This document shows positions 37,030 through 44,812 of a DNA stretch of 44,812 nt, piece after piece. The stretch comes from Octopus bimaculoides. Its lineage: Eukaryota. A program made the position numbers and the translations under genes. The notes beneath the pieces were generated by a model. The model saw only the letters and a program-made list of their open reading frames with translations, was not told where the DNA came from and did no database searches. Location: assembly GCF_001194135.2 (NCBI RefSeq), contig NC_068986.1:24849051-24893862 (forward strand), given 5' to 3'. Numbering within the stretch: position 1 is the first letter of the stretch; each line of letters opens with the position of its first letter.

Positions 37030-37300
37030 GGTAACAACGATCCACAAGAAAAGACTAACTAACTATCATCACATCACATGTCTGCTGGGACTCCATAAAC
37101 TACTTTTTAAGATACTACCCAACAGCATAACTGAACATTAACAAAACCATTTTTTTATAAACTGCTATTCTTGCGGAGAGGAAGAGATCTATGCCAAAGT
37201 TCCAAGGGACAATCGACCAGCTTCTTCTTGAGAAAATAGTAATGGGTGATGCCAAGGTACAAAACAACATCATATCCGTCCCAATCAAGTATACGAACGT
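37030..37300 (+). mobile_element. R4/Dong-like LINE reverse transcriptase remnant
   Basis: NYHHITCLLGLHKLLFKILPNSITEH, then after a frameshift GTIDQLLLEKIVMGDAK. These match the NYRPITCL...GTKDQLLIDKMIMEDAK RT motifs. Confidence 0.75.
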
Positions 37301-39399
37301 TTTTATTTCAGTTCTATCTCACTTGTTTCTCAAAATGATTAAAGTACATCCATGACACCATGGTGAATTTCATTAAAAAGAATAATAATAATTGGCAATT
37401 GTAACTAGACTGTATTATTTACTAGGATAATCAAAAGGGATATTACTTCTGGTTTCCATTTTCCTCTATGACTGTTGTCTTGAAGTTAGCTAATAAACAT
37501 AGCTACGTAGGATACTAAAGGGAAAGAGAAAATACAGGTTAATCGACCATCAGTGATGGTTTACAGTTGCATTCTGTGACCGGTCCCCAGCTTTGTAATT
37601 CTCTTCGGTATTGTCAAGCAATTTAGCCAGAATATCATACGATGTTCTCTGGGCTTAAGAAATTCAGAAACTGAAGACAAACTTACCAGTGGAACAACTT
37701 ATTTGGAACTCCCTAGAACTGGGCAATTCTGCATTTTAACGAATATTTAAGCATTGTTGACAATAAAACTGCGAAAAATTAATATTTAACAGACTAAAAG
37801 AAGATAATAAAAATCATTGCCTGTACTCTCAAAATATTTGTTGTGTCATCTATAAAGTATATTGCTATGTTGCAACAGAACTCAATTGTATACACTGCAA
37901 TATATGAAATCTTTTACAGACAAAACACCACATACTACACAATAACTCTGACATCTAAAGACAGTGCATCCTTAGAAAGGAGGATTGTTAGAGTCTAGTG
38001 AGAATGAGGGGAAAAATATAAGAAAGGAGTCTTTAATGTTATCCGTTGCCTTTCCCAATCACAAATAGACCTGCTAAGTACCGTCGTTTACTGTGTGAAA
38101 TAAAGGTAACGATTTGATTATATCTGCGAAACGAATTTATCACTTAAAGAAGCAAATAAAACGAATATGGACAACTTGTTTACCATACAAGCGCATTTTT
38201 ACAGAGACAGTATTGTCACGAACAGGAATATCCATCTTTAAATAAAAAAAACTATTCATAGCCCGCCCGGCCTGAGTGTATAAATTTCTTCTGAGAGACA
38301 GTAAAAGCAATATCATTTACGATACAGCAAACAGACTGTAATCACTAGATATAGTAAAGGGAATAATCCACAGCAGCTATGATATAGATAGCATATCGTA
38401 AGTGTGGCGCATTTCCAGTGATAATACAGCATAAAATACAGTAGTAAAGCTGCTCTGTATATACACCAAATCTCAGCTGCTTCAAGATACAGCTTTCTGA
38501 TAATCATTTGAAACTCCGCCTTTCTTAGAAAATGACAATATAGAAATACTACTGAACTTTAGCATATAGACAGACAACCGGAGAGCATTTGATAAGCCTC
38601 ACATGATTCTCCATGACAACAATGACAATAGTGTAATAATTATCAACGTAACAATACCAAATGACTGTAATGTTATTGAGAAGCTATGAAATTTCATCGA
38701 CCTAATTGTTGGACTAAAATATTACAGCAGTTAAAGAATGCGTCTATGATCTCATCTGTAAATAGGAGTGGAGCGATGTACATGCATTTCTATAAAGAAA
38801 TTTCTATAAGGAATTTCTATAAATTACCTATAAGGTTGCTTTTAGAGTTGGTATATCTACCGTTAGTATAATGAAATCGTGATATGTAATGTTCGTGTGT
38901 TATTTGCGGTTCATTAGTTCTTTGTTGTTTTTCTCAATAGCCATCTCGTTTATGATGTTTATTTCCCGGTGTTATTTTTGTTATTGACTCGAGTGTAGAC
39001 TGGTTCTCATGCAGATATGAAAAATAAACTTGTTTGATATTTTCATCATCAAAGGTATTCAAAAAGCTGGGAGGGGTCTTAGCTCTAATTTCTGTTAAAC
39101 AGAGTGTCTATAGCATTTAAACAAAATAAAATAGCTACAAACTGGAATTGAAACTAAGTTGTAAGAGTTGGTTGGTTTGCCAGACAGTTATTTTCTACTC
39201 ATAGTTTACTAGAATTTTTTTTTAATCAATAGAACTTCCAAGAATATATAGAAAGAAGGCCAAAACAATAGTCGATGGTTTTAGCTTTCATGTGCTAAGT
39301 AGTTCTTTTGATAAGTAGGTATGTGTATGCTTATGCGTGTGTTCATGCGTGCTTATGTATATCTGAGTCTTTCTCCGTATGTGAGTGTGTATTCAGAAA

Positions 39400-39900
39400 C
39401 ACCAGATGTTTTTAAAGCAAGTGTTCTACTTTTGAATACGAGCCCCATCAGAAAGAAACCAGATGTAACCATTTTGATGTATATTATATCGGAAAATAGA
39501 TTTATGGATATTTCTTGTCTATAACTTTTGGGTATTGCTTTGTTATTGTATATTTTTATATGTTCGACATTTTACTTGATTTCATTGTGTTTCTAGCCAA
39601 TATCAGTAAGAATTATATTCCTTGTCTTGTCTGATGATAAATTATTGAGTTGGAATTATAACATCCAGATAACTAATGAGAGTTACTCTGACTAGTGCTT
39701 AAAGTATGGTGTTTCAATTAGATTATAGGCACGGAGAAAATCTATTTGTAATTTCCGTATTGAATTGTCAACTGCTATAACATTTAAGTTCTCTTATGAG
39801 TATCGTAACGACTCAACCATTATAGGCTGATAAATTAAATACCTGTCATTCATTGGAATAAGTGGTAGACTTAATGAAGGGATAAAGTGATTTCTTTCCT
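39400..39900 (-). mobile_element. Possible highly degraded Penelope-like RT remnant
   Basis: Minus-strand fragments ISYLDVII and KAIPKS occur in the expected order; weak, with many stops. Confidence 0.25.
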
Positions 39901-40768
39901 ACCAATGTCTAAAAATACATCGATTCATATACGACTTTTCCTATTCATTTGAAATTAGTACTCGATGTTTCGGAATACCAAGAGTCATATAAGTCCATTG
40001 GCAGTTGATATATTTCTATCTTATAAACAAATGACGGTTAGTTCTGTCTTCGATTGGGACTATGTATCTGTAAATGGCGCCTGAGGAAATTCAGAAACGC
40101 AAAGAGTTTATTCCAATTCTCTGCGCTCAGAGTTAAGATCCCACCGAGAGCAACATTGTGTTTCTTGCTCCCAGCGTCGATAAAAAGTATTAATTGAAAG
40201 TGCTGGGCTGATTGATCAGTAAGAACATCGGATACCTTGTGGTATTATTAGCTCCAGCTCTTTCTGTTCGGAGTTCAAACACCACCATGACCTATTTGAT
40301 GTTAGCCTTACCCCGTCGCTCGATCTAACACTATTATTAGACACCTTGGATGCGTTTAACAGGGTCCAATCTGTTGAAAGCCCTTGGATCTAGTCACTAG
40401 TGTGAGAATATTTTCCTCCCCCCACCTCCAATCAGTCTCTCAGTCTCTGTAAAGGGTCATGCGAACTGATTTCTCACCTGAGCAACAGATGAAAAAATGT
40501 CACGACCAATGCATATTTTCCAAAAAAATCTTTCCAAAGAAACTTGCTTAATTTGATTCTGGAAATTATTCTGCACAGGAATAATTTTCTGTTAATGCTA
40601 AGCTCTTTGCCATCTCAAAAGTAACAAATATTTTCTTAAGAACATTCGGGACACTTTACTTTTAGAATATTAAATGTCATTATGTATTGATTCTCCTGCA
40701 TAATTCTGAAAGCACTGAAATCATTTTACGCACACTTGTCATCCCAGACAATTCTTCTCAAGTTTACT

Positions 40769-40950
40769 GAAGGCGATGGATTGGCATAATTGGTTGAGCA
40801 TCGAACGAAATACTTTGCGGTATTTGCTTCAGGTCTTTACATTCCGGGCCCAAATCCTACCTAGATCAACTTTGCCTTTCATTCCTTCGGGGTCAATAAA
40901 ACAGAGTACTAATCACGTACTGCTGTCAGTGTACTTGACTAAATATCCTC
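40769..40950 (+). mobile_element. SINE family A, diverged
   Basis: gaaggcgatggattggcataattggttgagc...caactttgcctttcattccttcggggtcaataaa. Confidence 0.85.
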
Positions 40951-41025
40951 TCAGAATAAATAGCTTTGTGTCTAAAGTGTGATAGAGTGGAAAAATTGCG
41001 TCTAAAGTGTGACAGAGTGGAAAAA

Positions 41026-41257
41026 AAGGCGGCGAGCTGGCAGAAACATTAACGTGACGTGCAAAATGCTTAGCGGTATTTCGTCTGCCACTGCGTTCTG
41101 AGTTCGAATTCCGCCGCGGTCGACTTAGCCTTTCATCCTTTCGGGGTCGATAAATTAAGTACCAGTTACGTACTGGGGTCGATATAATCGACTTAATCCG
41201 TTTGTCTATCCTTGTTTGTCCCCTCTGTGTGTAGCGCCTTGTGGGCAGTAAAGAAAT
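41026..41257 (+). mobile_element. SINE family A, young copy with a variant tail
   Basis: aaggcggcgagctggcagaaac...gagttcgaattccgccgcggtcgacttagcctttcatcctttcggggtcgataaattaagtacc. Confidence 0.95.
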
Positions 41258-41420
41258 AGGTATTTCGTCTGCCGCTACGTTCTGAGTTCGAATTCCACAT
41301 GGCACCTTGGGCAAGTGTCTTCTACTATAGCCTCGGGCCGACCAAAGCCTTGTGAGTGCATTTGGTAAACGGAAACTGAAAGAAGCCCGTCGTATATATA
41401 TATATATATAAATATATATG

Positions 41421-41452
<32 letters not shown>

Positions 41453-41760
41453 NNNNNNNNNNNNNNNNNNNNNNNNNNNNNNNNNNNNNNNNNNNNNNNN
41501 NNNNNNNNNNNNNNNNNNNNNNNNNNNNNNNNNNNNNNNNNNNNNNNNNNNNNNNNNNNNNNNNNNNNNNNNNNNNNNNNNNNNNNNNNNNNNNNNNNNN
41601 NNNNNNNNNNNNTTACGTCCCCGTAACTTAGCGGTTCGGCAAAACAGACCGATAGAATAAGTACTAGGCTTACAAAGAATAAGTCCTGGAGTCGATTTTC
41701 TCGACTAAAGGCGGTGCTCCAGCATGGCCACAGTCAGATGACTGAAACAAGTAAAAAAAA
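41258..41760 (+). mobile_element. Chimeric SINE: partial family A head joined to a family B body, spanning a gap
   Basis: ggtatttcgtctgccgctacgttctgagttcgaattcc|acatggcaccttgggcaagtgtcttc, then (TA)/(TG)n, a gap, and the family B tail at 41613-41760. Confidence 0.85.
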
Positions 41761-42502
41761 TAAAAGAGTATACTATTTAGCTTTGTCTTTCGTCCTACTG
41801 AGTTGGATTTAAAATGCGCAGAAGTCAAATACTAAAGTTAATTTAATAAACTATATTTCAAGCACAAAATTTCTGGCCTTGAGCTTAGGTTAGAAATCAT
41901 TATCATTAAATTTATACTTATGAAATTTTCATCATTACAGAAAAAAACCATTAAACTTTATCCTATAATTTGTAATGATTTCGTGTATTAACCCAAAACT
42001 AGATATTTGTAGAGAAGAGCAGTCGGCTAAATCGACTCACAGTTATGGCAAGACTTAATTGAATAACGCACAGACGAATGAAATGAAAAGTTGTTCCCAA
42101 CGAAATTGAAACATATATAAGCCACCTACTTTGAAAGTTCCCCAATGCATAAAAGCTAATCGATAGAATAACAGTTAATTGTTACAATGACAACTTTCAA
42201 CTTTTCTCTATGATCTATTTTAATGTTTCCATATTCTTTTACACTTCGTAGACAGGACTAACAACTTCTAGCAGATGTCACGACTTAGTGAAGGAGATAA
42301 CACGACAGCAGATGTAACTAAAGATATAAAATATGTTATTTACTAAGAATGATATTCATTTAATGAGTCTGCACTCAAGTTAATAACCAGAATCACATAT
42401 AAAATCTTAGATATCTTATAATAATTCTACTTATCATTGCGTTACTTAGCCCGTCGGTAACGCTTTCACGTGAGTAAAGAAAAAGAGAGAGAAAAAGATT
42501 AG

Positions 42503-42615
42503 AATAAGTACTAGGCTTACAAGGAATAAATCCTGGGGTCGATTTTCTCGGTTAAAGGTGGTGCTCCAGCATGGCCGCAGTCAAATGACTGAAACAACTA
42601 AACGAAATAAAAGTA
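42503..42615 (+). mobile_element. SINE family B 3' tail
   Basis: tagaataagtactaggcttacaaggaataaatcctggggtcgattttctcgg...ctccagcatggccgcagtcaaatgactgaaac. Confidence 0.9.
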
Positions 42616-42693
42616 ATATATACCCAAACGCGCACATATACATTAAATATATATGTATTTATGTATATATGTGTGTATATATATATATGTAAA

Positions 42694-42756
<63 letters not shown>

Positions 42757-42774
42757 GTATGTATGTATACGTAT

Positions 42775-43021
42775 ACACATAAACAAATGTGTATGATATA
42801 GTTGTGCACATGCGTTTGTAATACATAATAGTTGTTATTCCTGGTGGTGGTGTTGCAAATTAGAGAGAGACACGGAGAGGGAAAGAGAGAGAGATTGAAA
42901 GACAGAAAAAGAGATAGGTAGAGCGAAAGAGGGAGGGAGAGAGAGGAGTAGTATTCATCATGCAAGTATTACCGCTCTCTTCCTCACTATCTTTCTGCCT
43001 ATCTCTCGCTCTCTTTCAATC

Positions 43022-43083
<62 letters not shown>

Positions 43084-43190
43084 AATCTCTCTCTGTAACA
43101 CCTAGTTCACCCTAACTACAACACCACCTCCAATAACAACTATTATGTATTACAAACGCACGCGCACGACTACATTTGTTTACATGTGCA
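42775..43190. repeat. Diverged long inverted repeat (fold-back)
   Basis: A 29-bp perfect inverted core (42811-42839 versus 43132-43160) with imperfect pairing continuing inward and outward. Confidence 0.9.
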
Positions 43191-43520
43191 TATATATATA
43201 TGCATATGCTCATAACGTTTTTTATTAATACATACATTACCAAAATGCTCACATCTGAGTGTGTCAAGGGCTCGACCAACACATTGGAATGTAACTCCTT
43301 TCTGAGAAATTCTTCCTCGATGAAATACCCAATTACCCAGTTTTAATATGAAAATTTTAAATTAATTCAATATAATTTAATTTAATTTCTCTAATTGAAT
43401 CAATTGAATGTGGAAACGGCTGTAGGAATAAATATTATATTGATTTGAATATGTTTGAATAAACTGATGTCTATATGTTAATTTTCCCATTTTGTCATTT
43501 TTCTCATTCATATACATGTG

Positions 43521-43555
<35 letters not shown>

Positions 43556-43558
<3 letters not shown>

Positions 43559-43674
43559 TATTTAAAATTATAATACAGGGTATCAAGAGATACCACCACG
43601 CTGAAAAAATAGCAGTCAAATCCTGACTCTAAAACCACAATAAATGTCCGCATAGCACGATTAGCGAAGACGAA
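43556..43674 (+). repeat. Direct copy of 44352-44470, part of the left fold-back arm
   Basis: 119 bp identical by eye. Confidence 0.9.
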
Positions 43675-44277
43675 NNNNNNNNNNNNNNNNNNNNNNNNNN
43701 NNNNNNNNNNNNNNNNNNNNNNNNNNNNNNNNNNNNNNNNNNNNNNNNNNNNNNNNNNNNNNNNNNNNNNNNNNNNNNNNNNNNNNNNNNNNNNNNNNNN
43801 NNNNNNNNNNNNNNNNNNNNNNNNNNNNNNNNNNNNNNNNNNNNNNNNNNNNNNNNNNNNNNNNNNNNNNNNNNNNNNNNNNNNNNNNNNNNNNNNNNNN
43901 NNNNNNNNNNNNNNNNNNNNNNNNNNNNNNNNNNNNNNNNNNNNNNNNNNNNNNNNNNNNNNNNNNNNNNNNNNNNNNNNNNNNNNNNNNNNNNNNNNNN
44001 NNNNNNNNNNNNNNNNNNNNNNNNNNNNNNNNNNNNNNNNNNNNNNNNNNNNNNNNNNNNNNNNNNNNNNNNNNNNNNNNNNNNNNNNNNNNNNNNNNNN
44101 NNNNNNNNNNNNNNNNNNNNNNNNNNNNNNNNNNNNNNNNNNNNNNNNNNNNNNNNNNNNNNNNNNNNNNNNNNNNNNNNNNNNNNNNNNNNNNNNNNNN
44201 NNNNNNNNNNNNNNNNNNNNNNNNNNNNNNNNNNNNNNNNNNNNNNNNNNNNNNNNNNNNNNNNNNNNNNNNNNNNN

Positions 44278-44751
44278 AAGGATAAGATCGATATTTAAAA
44301 TATTGATCTTATCAAGTGATCAGCATGGGAATAAAAACCATTAAAGGTAATAATTATTTAAAATTATAATACAGGGTATCAAGAGATACCACCACGCTGA
44401 AAAAATAGCAGTCAAATCCTGACTCTAAAACCACAATAAATGTCCGCATAGCACGATTAGCGAAGACGAAGGCCAAATAAACCAGTAAAATAAAGATAAT
44501 TCCAAATCCTGGATTTCTGGCTTTGCATAAATAATAATGCTCTGCCTTCATCAGTGGAATATACTTCGCTAATCGTGCCATGCGGACATTTATTGTGGTT
44601 TTAGAGTCAGGATTTGACTGCTATTTTTTCAGCGTGGTGGTATCTCTTGATACCCTGTATTATAATTTTAAATAATTATTACCTTTGATGGTTTTTATTC
44701 CCATGCTGACCACTTGATAAGATCAATATTTTAAATATGGATCTTATCCTT
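44278..44751. repeat. Near-perfect fold-back, MITE-like, with 188-bp arms
   Basis: 44278-44465 versus 44564-44751, with 4 mismatches counted by eye and a 98-bp spacer. Confidence 0.95.
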
Positions 44752-44812
44752 ATTTATATAAATATAACTTTATCAGTGTATTTACTGCGCTGATATTCTG
44801 TCCGGATCACAC

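Noticed and set aside
38786-38835. About 13-bp atttctataa(a/g) unit repeated 3.5 times
   Set aside because: An ordinary short AT-rich slippage repeat with no spacers, so not CRISPR-like.

Overview
Eukaryotic, AT-rich, repeat-dense scaffold with nine N-gaps, most flanked by dinucleotide microsatellites as in a short-read assembly. The SINE families and microsatellite load look like an octopus (coleoid cephalopod) genome; this is recognition, not a search result. I found no recognisable host protein-coding exon, RNA gene or CRISPR array, so the window is most likely intronic or intergenic. Almost all supplied ORFs are microsatellite or gap artefacts. The only real coding remnants are transposon-derived: a full-length but dead maT/DD37D-type Tc1/mariner with TIRs and TA target duplications (27993-29260), a second internally deleted maT-type copy (about 8175-8770), the 3' half of a PGBD4-like piggyBac (31542 to about 32776), and four R4/Dong-like non-LTR retrotransposon fragments. 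More than 30 tRNA-derived SINE copies fall into at least three families, called A, B and C here. I cannot support a novel biological system. The best leads are two adjacent fold-back structures at the right end (a diverged one of about 415 bp, and one with 188-bp arms that are about 98% identical) and a four-layer nest at 31.2-33.0 kb. In that nest a SINE was hit by a TAA-targeting Dong-like LINE in its tail and by a piggyBac at its TTAA, and the piggyBac is fused to a second LINE. SINE family labels and most SINE boundaries are approximate, read by eye.
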